64,000 nucleotides of DNA, from IMG/VR virus record IMGVR_UViG_2706796139_000001, positions 50,895 through 114,894 of that record; one strand, given 5' to 3'. A model generated the notes under the pieces. The model was not told where the DNA came from. It ran no database searches and saw only the letters and a program-made list of their open reading frames with translations. Below are positions 36,749 to 46,027 of this stretch, piece after piece. Source of the DNA: Pseudotevenvirus miller. Lineage: Duplodnaviria; Heunggongvirae; Uroviricota; Caudoviricetes; Straboviridae. Position 1 is the first letter of the stretch. Each line of letters starts with the position of its first letter. A program made the translations under genes and the position numbers.

Positions 36749-37312
36749 CTAAAATTCTGGTTCTTCCGACTCACCCAGTTTATTGATGATGAATTCAGCA
36801 ACGTTATAATTTGAAATAGACTTATTGGAATCGTACAGGGAAACAAGTTCTTCGAACGATACTTGTACTACTTTCTTAAAGTGAACACCCCAGTTAGTAA
36901 ACAGGATCTCGTTACTGTCAAAACCGCAATCAGGGCTGGACAAAGCGCGATACTTGTACCCGCTATAACCTTTCAGTCGGCTACCATGATGCGCGTTACT
37001 GGTGAGAAGGAAACGCCCATGATGCGTTTCGACGACATAAAAGAAACTAAATCGTTCTTTATCATCAAATATCGCATTGAATTTACGATGCTTTTCCTCT
37101 CGGTCAACACGAGTTTCAATAGCTTTCCATGTTGGTTCGTATTCAGGCCAATCATGCTCAACAACAACAGCCGCGAATTCGTCTTTGCCTTGTTCTTTAC
37201 GATAGCGTTCAACTTTGCTCAGGATCGCAGAGAGAAGCAATTTATCGCTATCAGACAGTGCTGAATCAATATCTGTATGTTTCATCACAACATACATATT
37301 TTTACGTTCCAT
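36749..37312 (-). CDS. hypothetical protein (187 aa)
   Basis: ORF. Confidence 0.45.
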   Translation of the reverse strand: MERKNMYVVMKHTDIDSALSDSDKLLLSAILSKVERYRKEQGKDEFAAVVVEHDWPEYEPTWKAIETRVDREEKHRKFNAIFDDKERFSFFYVVETHHGRFLLTSNAHHGSRLKGYSGYKYRALSSPDCGFDSNEILFTNWGVHFKKVVQVSFEELVSLYDSNKSISNYNVAEFIINKLGESEEPEF

Positions 37313-37319
37313 AATAACC

Positions 37320-37517
37320 TCAGTTCAGATTTAAATTTACTTTACTACCACATTTCGGGCAAGTAATGAACTTCTTCACGATATAGTCAGCAGGAGTATA
37401 AAACCCTTTATAGATGGTTTTTGTTTTGCGCTGAATGTCGTCGAGTTCGTATGCTAACCCAGTTCGACAAGATTCGCAAACAGTAATCAGCTTTGGCGAA
37501 ACAATAATATTGATCAT
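37320..37517 (-). CDS. zinc-ribbon protein (65 aa)
   Basis: CESCRTG...CPKCGSK. Confidence 0.4.
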   Translation of the reverse strand: MINIIVSPKLITVCESCRTGLAYELDDIQRKTKTIYKGFYTPADYIVKKFITCPKCGSKVNLNLN

Positions 37518-37526
37518 ATAAACCTC

Positions 37527-37551
37527 ACAAAAAAGGGGCCGAAGCCCCTTA
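37527..37551 (-). terminator. rho-independent terminator (minus strand)
   Basis: aaaaaaggggccGAAGcccctt hairpin downstream of the PhoH-like gene. Confidence 0.5.
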
Positions 37552-37553
37552 GA

Positions 37554-38897
37554 TTAAAAGTTGTCTTCGACGAATGCAGCCAGGCGTCCACGATACACAG
37601 TATTCAGGATTATGTGACTAGCATGGTCATATTCTTTAAGTTTTTCAACAGCATACACAAAGCCGTTGTTAACCGCAGTGTTTCGCGGGTTGTCAATCTG
37701 CTTAATGTTCCCGCATAGTATCAGAAGTGTGTTCTCACCGCAACGGGAAATAATGGATTTTATTTCATGGTTGCTCAAGTTTTGACATTCGTCAACAATC
37801 AGCACGGAACCTTTGCCTGGATCTGGATGTCCGATTGAACGCCCACGGAAGTAATACAGGCTAGGGAACTGCACCACACCTTTTTCCAGAAGTCCTTCAA
37901 CGTACTTGTCAACTTCCGGTTGATCCTTAAACAGAATGTTCAGGCTCGTGATACAAGGCTCAACAGACGGTCGGAGTTTTTCGCCCAGAGTGCCAGGCAA
38001 GAAACCGATTTCACCAGACAGCGGACTATCAGCCTTGACATACATCAGGTTTGCGAAGTGTCCCGCGTTTACCATGTGCATCGCACCAGCAACCGCCAGC
38101 ATTGTTTTACCGGAACCAGCCGCACCCATGATGGTCACAACGTCATTGTTTTTGTCCAGAATAGCATCAACGAATGACGCTTGCAGAGCATCGCGAGGCT
38201 GAATTGTTTTCATCAGCTTACGCTTTAATGCTTGCTCGTGCTTAATAGGCAATACTTCAAGCTGAAACTCTCCAGCAGCAACCACACGCCCCACAATCTC
38301 ACCATGTGACAGAATGTATTGGTTTGGGTAGAAATCTGCGTCAGGAAGCGATGAATACGTTATAATGGCATATGGCCCGACATACTCCAGAACTTCGACG
38401 GTTTCCCAGAACAAAGGCAGTTCGATATAGCCAGAATACAACACATCACTATCTTTCAGCGAGTCATCGCCAGTGTATTGCAGAACCGGACAGCCTTTAG
38501 ACATCGCAATCAACAGCATGTTAATATCGCGAGTCACCAGCGTTGCGCCCTGTTGAATACAAGTTGCAATGATCCGAGCATCTTGTTTATCAAGCGGGAA
38601 TTCTTCTTCACCGACATAATCGACGATTTTAAGCGTTACGCTTTCCGGTACTGCTGGGTTTGACAGGTTTAACGAAACCCCTGTTTGGGTAATTGCTTCA
38701 TAATTTTGTCCCAGGATTGCTTTGGACAATAACCGGATCGCCAGTCTTGCTTCATGAGCGGTTCGCTCTTTGCTTTTCAGGTGATCCAGTTCTTCCATCG
38801 TCGCAGCAGCGATAATGATTTCACTACCCGATTCGATGTAAGAATAGATTGAATATGGGTTCGAGATTAAAACGTTGGTATCTAGAACATATTTCAT
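37554..38897 (-). CDS. phoH: PIN-domain / PhoH-like ATPase fusion (PhoH2/YlaK-like)
   Basis: N-terminal PIN (MKYVLDTNVLISNP...), then Walker A IMGAAGSGKT and Walker B LIVDECQN. About 448 aa from the MKYV start. Confidence 0.8.
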   Translation of the reverse strand: MKYVLDTNVLISNPYSIYSYIESGSEIIIAAATMEELDHLKSKERTAHEARLAIRLLSKAILGQNYEAITQTGVSLNLSNPAVPESVTLKIVDYVGEEEFPLDKQDARIIATCIQQGATLVTRDINMLLIAMSKGCPVLQYTGDDSLKDSDVLYSGYIELPLFWETVEVLEYVGPYAIITYSSLPDADFYPNQYILSHGEIVGRVVAAGEFQLEVLPIKHEQALKRKLMKTIQPRDALQASFVDAILDKNNDVVTIMGAAGSGKTMLAVAGAMHMVNAGHFANLMYVKADSPLSGEIGFLPGTLGEKLRPSVEPCITSLNILFKDQPEVDKYVEGLLEKGVVQFPSLYYFRGRSIGHPDPGKGSVLIVDECQNLSNHEIKSIISRCGENTLLILCGNIKQIDNPRNTAVNNGFVYAVEKLKEYDHASHIILNTVYRGRLAAFVEDNF

Positions 38898-38951
38898 AGA
38901 AGTTTTCCTGTTAATTGCGGGGTACGCGGATTCGCACCCCGCGCACTGCAA

Positions 38952-39419
38952 TTACATACCCAAACGGATAATATGAATGTATGGGAACGGATGTAAATGA
39001 CTGCTACGCATACACAGAGTAAGTGTGCGCACCAGTTCGTAACGTTCGTCCCTTGTTGTATCACATTCATCAAAAATCAGGTTGATCGCCTGATACTCAA
39101 TTGTACGTCCTCGAAATATCGAACGTAGATCTTGTTTAGCAGACAACAGGATCACGTTATCGCCATTTTTGAGTTCGTTTTGTGTAGCGTTGTCAATTGC
39201 AGCGCACTTATTCTGTGCAATGTAGATATTCAACACGCCTTGTGATTGCTTGATGATATCAAACGCCGCTTTTGTTTTCCCACTCATACGACCCATATCC
39301 AGAGCGGTTTCAAAAATTGATACTGCTCCGCATTGTTCGCCCCATCGACCCTCAATGATGCGTGACAGGTGCATATTGCGTGACTGCTTTACAGCGTCAA
39401 CATAAAATTGTGAAATCAT
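38952..39419 (-). CDS. hypothetical protein (155 aa) with a degenerate P-loop-like GRMSGKT and LIFDECD
   Basis: ORF immediately upstream of phoH. The motifs are weak. Confidence 0.4.
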   Translation of the reverse strand: MISQFYVDAVKQSRNMHLSRIIEGRWGEQCGAVSIFETALDMGRMSGKTKAAFDIIKQSQGVLNIYIAQNKCAAIDNATQNELKNGDNVILLSAKQDLRSIFRGRTIEYQAINLIFDECDTTRDERYELVRTLTLCMRSSHLHPFPYIHIIRLGM

Positions 39420-39428
39420 GTTATCGCC

Positions 39429-39824
39429 TTATGCAAGTTCAATATGCGGTGCATCGATGAATTTAGTTTCAATTGGAAGGTTTGGATCATTCTTCCAGTT
39501 GATACCGAAACGCAGTTTCACGCCCAGTTCATCGCCAGCTTTTTTCATTGCTTCCAGGACAGGCAACCACACTTTCGGGTTTTTCTGCCAGCCATCAGGC
39601 AGTTTGCTAGGATACAGATCCACAGCATCACCAGTGATATGCTTTGATGCCATTGTCTGAGAAACACCCTGTCGCACATATTCGCGCTGTTGCTCTACAG
39701 TACGCAGACCTTCACGCACACCGAAATCAACGGTTGAGAGTTCCAGAGCACGGTTTACAACTTTAACCAGTTCAGGCTTAACACCTTTCAGGTTATTGAT
39801 ACTCTTTTGACTAAATTTAAACAT
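39429..39824 (-). CDS. peptidase M15 (L-alanyl-D-glutamate peptidase / VanY-like), candidate endolysin
   Basis: Zn-binding motifs SKHITGDAVD and DAPHIEL. 131 aa. It sits where T4 carries lysozyme e, relative to nudE/tk. Confidence 0.7.
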   Translation of the reverse strand: MFKFSQKSINNLKGVKPELVKVVNRALELSTVDFGVREGLRTVEQQREYVRQGVSQTMASKHITGDAVDLYPSKLPDGWQKNPKVWLPVLEAMKKAGDELGVKLRFGINWKNDPNLPIETKFIDAPHIELA

Positions 39825-39891
39825 ATGTACCTCTATTATGAAAATACCCTATGGGCTACACAGGGTATTTACGGTTTAAGAGGCGCAACAG

Positions 39892-40287
39892 TTACATTCC
39901 CCAGAGAGCATCTTCCGCTCTACGGACGATCCATTCTCTGTGCATTTTACGACTTTCTTCTCTGAGTTCAGGAGGCAGATTATCGTTGTTGATTTGGTCA
40001 ACATATTCCTTTGCATCTTTCTCGCTAAGGAAAAACGCATGGAAGTTATAACCGTTACGCCCCACTACATTTCGATCCATCAATGAAAAATGACTATGGT
40101 TTTCCCAGTCATTGTAAATGGTAATGCCGTTAACAAACAACCCGATTCCACGATGGTTGTACGGGAACCCAGTGATGATATGTTTACGACCCATTTCAGC
40201 TTTAACCCCGTTGATGCTAAACACTTCATACAGAACAGCACCAGGTTTAATGTCTTTCAGTTGAGCACGTTTTTCGAAAGCATTCAT
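39892..40287 (-). CDS. hypothetical protein (about 131 aa)
   Basis: Starts MNAFEKRAQ. Confidence 0.45.
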   Translation of the reverse strand: MNAFEKRAQLKDIKPGAVLYEVFSINGVKAEMGRKHIITGFPYNHRGIGLFVNGITIYNDWENHSHFSLMDRNVVGRNGYNFHAFFLSEKDAKEYVDQINNDNLPPELREESRKMHREWIVRRAEDALWGM

Positions 40288-40342
40288 AATATATTCCTCA
40301 CAATTAGTTTTCATATACAGATTATCATAATCTGTTTTAGTG

Positions 40343-40663
40343 TCAACAAGGTTTATCGTTTTTTGATGGAAAAGTTAACTGGAACAGGCGATCATGTAGT
40401 GCGTCGATGCGTTCACATGCCTGTTTCAGTATGACTTTATCACCCGCGCTTGTTGTCTCAATGCAGCCTAATTCGTCTGCGTCGATCGCTATAACGTCAT
40501 CCATCAGTGAAGCGAATATGTTCACGTCAGGGTGTGTCAACTCCTTTATCTCCGCTTGCATCCCGTCATGTTGGGATAACAGTTCAATGATATCTCTTTG
40601 CAGATCTCCCTGGTATGGGAAGCCTGTTTGAAGATGGTTAATGATTCTTTCCGCTTTGGTCAT
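40343..40663 (-). CDS. hypothetical protein (106 aa)
   Basis: ORF. Confidence 0.4.
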   Translation of the reverse strand: MTKAERIINHLQTGFPYQGDLQRDIIELLSQHDGMQAEIKELTHPDVNIFASLMDDVIAIDADELGCIETTSAGDKVILKQACERIDALHDRLFQLTFPSKNDKPC

Positions 40664-40674
40664 ATTTCACCTAC

Positions 40675-40695
40675 AAAAAAGCCCCTTTCGGGGCT
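40675..40695 (-). terminator. rho-independent terminator (minus strand)
   Basis: aaaaaagccccTTTCggggct. Confidence 0.5.
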
Positions 40696-40700
40696 GGGAA

Positions 40701-40964
40701 TTAAAGGTCTTTACACTGACAAACACCGTATTTGCTGAAAGGTTCTTCACCGCTCAAGTAAGACCAGAAGTCGCAAGCCTGTTCAGCAGTTTCGAAGATT
40801 GCAGCATCATAGAAGCCGTGTTCTTCGTTGCCCTGTTCATTGAGGAACACAGGAAGCCAGCTTTGCGGTTTGAAGCAGTCAGTAACAACTACCCAACCTT
40901 CTTTCGCTTTCATTGCTTCTTTGTTCGCTTCAACCATTTCCAGCATTTCGTTCAGTAAGTTCAT
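40701..40964 (-). CDS. hypothetical acidic protein (87 aa)
   Basis: ORF. Confidence 0.4.
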   Translation of the reverse strand: MNLLNEMLEMVEANKEAMKAKEGWVVVTDCFKPQSWLPVFLNEQGNEEHGFYDAAIFETAEQACDFWSYLSGEEPFSKYGVCQCKDL

Positions 40965-41036
40965 TTTAATCCCCTTGTTTATCCGTTTCGTTGTCTACGA
41001 GAGAGATATTATCACAATGGGGATTAGTGTCAACAC

Positions 41037-41300
41037 TTATTCGAAACGAATTGTGCTATTTTTGAAAAACATTCCAGAACACACAGCACCAGCGATCGGT
41101 TTACCGTTTACACCCGTAGCCGTAAATCCGGTTGCGTATGTGTCTTTTTCGGAACATGAGAACCAGCTATAGCCAGTGAATTCAATGTTCTCATACCCTT
41201 GTGCTTCCAGGATACGTTGCGCTTCTCGTTCGTCGGTACAACTCGATTGCAGGAATACACAGACGACGACCAACAGGATACATCCAATTACTTTTAACAT
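41037..41300 (-). CDS. secreted/lipoprotein-like small protein (87 aa)
   Basis: Signal peptide MLKVIGCILLVVVCVFLQSSC. Confidence 0.45.
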   Translation of the reverse strand: MLKVIGCILLVVVCVFLQSSCTDEREAQRILEAQGYENIEFTGYSWFSCSEKDTYATGFTATGVNGKPIAGAVCSGMFFKNSTIRFE

Positions 41301-41301
41301 G

Positions 41302-41736
41302 TTACACTCTTTTTAAGTTAGTTTTGCTTGCTTTGACCCAGCTAACGCCAGGATATGCGTTAACATTACCAAGACACACAGTTGTGTGACTGAAAGTGTT
41401 AGGCAAATCGATTTTATGATCTGGACTGATACCCAAATCATGTACGCTTACGTCAGTTGCATACAGATAACCACCGGACATATACAAAGAATTAATAGAT
41501 CCAAAAGCATCGTTAGGCCATTTGAAACGGTATTTTTCTCCCCACAATTCGACTTCATACACATCGTATTCATCGAAAAGCGGATCGTTACCCTTCGTTG
41601 CTTTATACAAAGCACTTCGCCATTCATACAGCTTTGCTTCAATGTCGCTAACATTGATTTCTTTACCAGCGCTCAAATCATCAAGCACCTGTTCAATGGT
41701 GCGGATCGCACCGCTTAACTCACGTTCAAGATTCAT
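41302..41736 (-). CDS. hypothetical protein (144 aa)
   Basis: ORF. Confidence 0.45.
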   Translation of the reverse strand: MNLERELSGAIRTIEQVLDDLSAGKEINVSDIEAKLYEWRSALYKATKGNDPLFDEYDVYEVELWGEKYRFKWPNDAFGSINSLYMSGGYLYATDVSVHDLGISPDHKIDLPNTFSHTTVCLGNVNAYPGVSWVKASKTNLKRV

Positions 41737-42080
41737 TCTATACCTTCCTCTTTTAACACTTCCCAGATCAGCTTATCCATGTGCATGAGATTCCACATAA
41801 CGGAATCATGAGAACCCAGAGATCGAGAGTAGATCACTCCCCATGAACGATACGCCTTTTGGAATTCTGCTGCATTGGTTGCATCATACGGCATATCATC
41901 ACCAGAAGCAATCAACAGTTTAAGAATCATTAAACTATTCAACAATTTTGCGCTGGCATCTTGTGCCTGTATTTTCGAGCAATAATTTTCAATAATTGCC
42001 CTTACCTTTGGTTCAGTAATGCGAGCATTTTCACAACGTTCCCGATATACGTACATGAGTTCATCGATTATTTCTTGCAT
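41733..42080 (-). CDS. hypothetical protein (115 aa)
   Basis: ORF. Confidence 0.45.
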   Translation of the reverse strand: MQEIIDELMYVYRERCENARITEPKVRAIIENYCSKIQAQDASAKLLNSLMILKLLIASGDDMPYDATNAAEFQKAYRSWGVIYSRSLGSHDSVMWNLMHMDKLIWEVLKEEGIE

Positions 42081-42405
42081 ACATTTCCTCTCTTTCTTCC
42101 ATTGACAATCCGCGAATATAGTTCTGTGATTGTCTTTCTGCTTTAGAAACCTCTTGTGCCGTTCGCTGTGAAGAAAGAATATGCGTCACAACTTCATTAC
42201 GAATATGCCACAGATAATCCATCATTGCAAGGTCTTCTTGCGTATGAAAACCTTTAGCATCGCATTCATAACAGATAGCCTCTCTTTCAGCTAATGCCAG
42301 TTGTGCAGATTGCGCGTTGATTGGCATCATACTGTACTTGTCGATCAAACTATCGAGAGTTCGAGGTTTTGCAATATCTATCACTATAGGAACTGGACGT
42401 ATCAT
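42061..42405 (-). CDS. hypothetical protein (114 aa)
   Basis: ORF. Confidence 0.4.
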   Translation of the reverse strand: MIRPVPIVIDIAKPRTLDSLIDKYSMMPINAQSAQLALAEREAICYECDAKGFHTQEDLAMMDYLWHIRNEVVTHILSSQRTAQEVSKAERQSQNYIRGLSMEEREEMYARNNR

Positions 42406-42698
42406 AAGTGACTAATCTCAGCAGATTTCATTTTCATCTGGATAGCCTGAACAGCAAGGTCGCGCTGTTCTTCGGTTTCGTATCCAGCCCACGTTACAGA
42501 ATCTTTATGAACGAAGTGAAACACAATAGCAGGTTTCCACACGTTACCAGGACACGGAACAGTAGCATCAGTTTGTATCCAAGAAACGTGGTCTGTGTTT
42601 ACCGGATAATTGGTACATTCAACACTACCACTATCAACAAACATTGTATGCGGTGCGTACAAACGTGTATATTTTTTGATTCTGGATATAATCAACAT
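42402..42698 (-). CDS. hypothetical protein (98 aa)
   Basis: ORF immediately downstream of the radical SAM gene. Confidence 0.4.
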   Translation of the reverse strand: MLIISRIKKYTRLYAPHTMFVDSGSVECTNYPVNTDHVSWIQTDATVPCPGNVWKPAIVFHFVHKDSVTWAGYETEEQRDLAVQAIQMKMKSAEISHL

Positions 42699-43852
42699 TA
42701 TTTCAACTCCACCGCGTATACATCAGTTTCGGGGGCTTTGTGTACGCGCATATCTTTACCGCATACTGCATAAGCCGGACAGTTACGACAACCGTTATGA
42801 TCCTTATTACCGATCAGTTCATTACGGAACTGTTTGGTTTTCGGATGTTCCCAGATATCCTTAATGAAATCGTTCGCTTCCAGGACATTCAAACCTTCTT
42901 CCCAACCACCTTCAACCCAGCGTTCGGTAAACGAACAAGGGAAGAACTCGCCTTTCTCGTTGATGTACGAGCTAAACATGGTTGCTTCACAATCTTCGGC
43001 ATACTGTTTGTACTGTTCGAAGTTTGGGTGTCCTTCCATCGCTTCAACGAAAGCGGGGGCTGAACAGCTATCGAAACCAAATCCTACACCAGAATCAAGG
43101 CAGTATTCAACAAGTTTTTTGTATTGTTCGCGGGTAACAGTATCCCAGTTCTTACCGCGTCCCTTTTGTTTCAGCCCCAGGAACACAATCGCATTGACTT
43201 GTTTCAGGCGCGGATCATTCTTCACAGCGTCAACCACGTTAAACGCGTCATCATAGGTTTTAGAGCTAACCATGAAATGAAGGTTGATCTGCTGTTGTCC
43301 TGCTTCTGACAGGTTCGCTACCGAGTCGAAAGCGACATCGAAGCCAGCATGTTTATAAACCGATACCGCAACAGCCCCAGCAACCGCAGCCAAACGCGCT
43401 GCAACGTCTTTTGATACATCGGCAATGGTAAGGTTCGGCACAATGCCTTTAGAACGCGCATAGGCCATCATATCGAACATATCAGGGTTTGTTTGTCCCT
43501 GTGCATCAGCACCGAGGGCGCATTGAGTCAACCAGGGCATTTTATCAATGATAGATTTGAACGATTTCAGATCCATATTGTAGCCGTTAGGGTTGTTAGA
43601 CTTGTAACAGAAACCGCATAGCTTACCAGCGGGGCCATTACATTTCGTGGTGATCTCAATATCGAGAATTTCAGGGAAAGGCGCGTATGTCGGATCGCTT
43701 GCAAAGGTTGTACCCCAACGAGCGAATTCGCCAGTGTCAACATTGAAATTGTAGTTGTACCACTTAGAGCGAGCAAAGCGCATATTACCCTGCTGGTAAA
43801 TCATCAGCGAAGGGGCTTTCATTACAGTTTGTGCGCGGTCAATAATATCCAT
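42698..43852 (-). CDS. radical SAM-like enzyme with C-terminal Cys-rich (SPASM/twitch-like) domain
   Basis: DIEITTKCNGPAGKLCGFCY resembles the radical SAM core (T..CN..C.YC) but with Cx7Cx2C spacing. The C-terminal half has 7 Cys, including GCRNCPAYAVCG. Start uncertain (MDIIDRAQ or upstream). Confidence 0.55.
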   Translation of the reverse strand: MDIIDRAQTVMKAPSLMIYQQGNMRFARSKWYNYNFNVDTGEFARWGTTFASDPTYAPFPEILDIEITTKCNGPAGKLCGFCYKSNNPNGYNMDLKSFKSIIDKMPWLTQCALGADAQGQTNPDMFDMMAYARSKGIVPNLTIADVSKDVAARLAAVAGAVAVSVYKHAGFDVAFDSVANLSEAGQQQINLHFMVSSKTYDDAFNVVDAVKNDPRLKQVNAIVFLGLKQKGRGKNWDTVTREQYKKLVEYCLDSGVGFGFDSCSAPAFVEAMEGHPNFEQYKQYAEDCEATMFSSYINEKGEFFPCSFTERWVEGGWEEGLNVLEANDFIKDIWEHPKTKQFRNELIGNKDHNGCRNCPAYAVCGKDMRVHKAPETDVYAVELK

Positions 43853-43862
43853 GATATAGTTC

Positions 43863-44069
43863 TCAAAATTTAACGTGGGATTGGAAAACAGCACGAGCAA
43901 GGTTTTCGCTATCGAACGGGATTGATGTTCCATGGTCTTTGCTGTCAATGTTAACGCGCCAGAACTCACTAGACCCGTTTTTGGTGGAGTAATGCATCAG
44001 CGTTACCGTCTTATTCTTTTCCAGGAAGGTGCGTTTATCAATCTCTGTTTTTATTTCGTGCTGCATCAT
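43863..44069 (-). CDS. hypothetical protein (68 aa)
   Basis: ORF upstream of the radical SAM gene. Confidence 0.35.
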   Translation of the reverse strand: MMQHEIKTEIDKRTFLEKNKTVTLMHYSTKNGSSEFWRVNIDSKDHGTSIPFDSENLARAVFQSHVKF

Positions 44070-44326
44070 TTTACACTCCGTTTCAGTTTACGTTCGTCAG
44101 CCAGTTCTTTTTTGTACGTTTTGATGTACTTCCCGTTAAGGATTCGAAGCTGTTGGAAAACTTTGTTGCACAAAGCACGTTTCGCTTTGTATTCCGGCGT
44201 ATTGCGGATTGATTCGATCGTCATACCCATTTCGTTTTTAGGGTAAGCGCTCAACTCCCTGCCGATCTCTCTATGCCAGTTGCTTAACTGGTCACGCTTT
44301 GCTTTGTACTCTTCAAAAGTTAACAT
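44066..44326 (-). CDS. hypothetical basic protein (86 aa)
   Basis: ORF. Confidence 0.4.
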   Translation of the reverse strand: MLTFEEYKAKRDQLSNWHREIGRELSAYPKNEMGMTIESIRNTPEYKAKRALCNKVFQQLRILNGKYIKTYKKELADERKLKRSVK

Positions 44327-44391
44327 AACAATCTCCGGTTTCGTTTCTATGGGTGTAAGATAACATCATCCCACACCCAGCGCAAGCGATT

Positions 44392-44592
44392 TTATTTTCC
44401 GTAAAGAACACAATATTCTTTATATTTTTCACGGGCTTTTTCTTCATTACTAAAGGAAACTCCCATTCCAAAATCAGAACCTTCGAACGTAACATCCCAC
44501 GATTCACACCCATCTTCCGAATAATAGGAAAGTGTTATTTTACGATCTTCAAGAACAAGTTGTTCAACAACAATATCAATTTCAGTAGTCAT
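44392..44592 (-). CDS. hypothetical protein (66 aa)
   Basis: ORF. Confidence 0.35.
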   Translation of the reverse strand: MTTEIDIVVEQLVLEDRKITLSYYSEDGCESWDVTFEGSDFGMGVSFSNEEKAREKYKEYCVLYGK

Positions 44593-44731
44593 AGTTCATT
44601 TCCATAATCTTTCGCTGCATCTTCGGGGGTTGCGTCCAGTCGATAAAGCTCAACGGCTAACGGACTGGGTTTGATTTCGCGGTTCAGGATCTCACTGATA
44701 CCGCGAAGGAATTCGATATAAGGACGGAATC

Positions 44732-44983
44732 TCATTTGATACGTACCGCGTTAAAAGCCTGGTTGCGCAGTTCATAAGCCTGTTCAAGCTGTTCAGTAGT
44801 GAACAGAGGACTATCGGTGTTAGTGGTGAAACTGCAAATGGTTTTGTTGTCGGCGTTGACTTCTTCGACAACGATTTCATAACCCCAGATCCCGCTATAT
44901 TCACATTTCACGTTCCGGTACTTGATGTAAACTGCTGCAACATCTTCTTTTTTGTAGTTCCGGCTTTTGTAGATGATTTCCAT
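44732..44983 (-). CDS. hypothetical protein (83 aa)
   Basis: ORF behind a PeSL-type leader at 44984..45054. Confidence 0.4.
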   Translation of the reverse strand: MEIIYKSRNYKKEDVAAVYIKYRNVKCEYSGIWGYEIVVEEVNADNKTICSFTTNTDSPLFTTEQLEQAYELRNQAFNAVRIK

Positions 44984-45054
44984 GATATCCTCCTTCGTTT
45001 CGATGTGTGTACAATAACAGATCAGGGTTATCGAGTTTTAGCAATTCGTGCTAA
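44984..45054 (-). promoter_or_regulatory. PeSL-type promoter/leader (no obvious hairpin)
   Basis: Reverse complement: ...tgttATTGTAcacacatcgaaacgaaggaggatatcATG. Confidence 0.4.
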
Positions 45055-45333
45055 TTATGACATTTTCTTAGCGATTTTCCAGGCGGCTTTGAACGCCGGA
45101 ACATCTTCAATATCAACCCAGAAACCAGAACCGAAACCATCATTGTAGCAAGGGCAACCGTCGCAGTAGTTTTCCCAGGTCATCACTTTACCACCAACAG
45201 AAGCACCAGTTTCCATCGCACGTAATGCATCTTCAACCTTTTCCAGTTTTTCTGCGTTGTCGTCATAAATGATGAAGTACCATTTGCCGTTGTATTCGTT
45301 ACCAAGTTTGATTGCTTCGCGAACAAGTTTCAT
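45055..45333 (-). CDS. hypothetical protein (about 92 aa)
   Basis: Starts MKLVREAIKLGNEY behind a PeSL leader. The listed 119 aa ORF reads through the promoter cassette. Confidence 0.45.
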   Translation of the reverse strand: MKLVREAIKLGNEYNGKWYFIIYDDNAEKLEKVEDALRAMETGASVGGKVMTWENYCDGCPCYNDGFGSGFWVDIEDVPAFKAAWKIAKKMS

Positions 45334-45424
45334 GATGATTTCCTTTCTCTGTTTCGTTTCGATGTGTGTAATATAACAAAAGCCCTCACCATAGGCAAGG
45401 GGTTTCTTTAACAAAAAGTGCTAT
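45334..45424 (-). promoter_or_regulatory. PeSL-like cassette (minus strand)
   Basis: Reverse complement: aaagaaaccccTTGCCTatggtgagggcttttgTTATATTacacacatcgaaacgaaacagagaaaggaaatcatcATG. Confidence 0.55.
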
Positions 45425-46027
45425 TTAATAGTATCCAGGATCTTTGAAGTGTGCTTTCACATATCGCAGAATTTCATGCAACATCTGCGTTTGCTCATGC
45501 CCTCGTTGTGAAGCCATATCGATCATGACGCGAGTCATTTCGACGTTCTCCAGGCTGGCTATACGATGTTTTAAGGCTTCGTTTTCCTTTTCCAACTCAA
45601 CCATACGGTCATATGCTTTGATGCGCTCCAGAGGCATATCAGGGCGCTGTTTGAGGACACGGGCGCGTGACACTTCGCATTCGTGATTTGCTTTCCAGTG
45701 ATCACGTTCACCAGCAATTTTATCGTTCTCCTGGTGTAGACGTACAATCTCTTTAAGGAGGCGTTCAGTGGTATCGGGATCAAACGAAACCATGTATTGC
45801 ATCAGGGATTGCAGCCACAGATCCTCTTGTACCGCCTGTAACGCTTTAGGCCCAATAATGGTAAACGCGCGTTTCTTCATGTTGCTACCGCAACCGTAGT
45901 TAACGTTACCCGTAATCGAACCTGGTTGATTCGTACCATCCCATTTGTCACCGATAACAGGTTTTACTTGCTGAATAGCACGATTCAGCATTTCGAATTC
46001 TTCATCTAAAATCATTTCATATCCCAT
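45425..46027 (-). CDS. hypothetical protein (200 aa), coiled-coil C-terminus
   Basis: ORF. Confidence 0.45.
   Translation of the reverse strand: MGYEMILDEEFEMLNRAIQQVKPVIGDKWDGTNQPGSITGNVNYGCGSNMKKRAFTIIGPKALQAVQEDLWLQSLMQYMVSFDPDTTERLLKEIVRLHQENDKIAGERDHWKANHECEVSRARVLKQRPDMPLERIKAYDRMVELEKENEALKHRIASLENVEMTRVMIDMASQRGHEQTQMLHEILRYVKAHFKDPGYY

Noticed and set aside
37554-38951. 465 aa protein as NadV (Nampt) partner of NatV
   Set aside because: The sequence is PIN plus PhoH (Walker A GAAGSGKT), not a phosphoribosyltransferase. No NadV candidate was found in the window.
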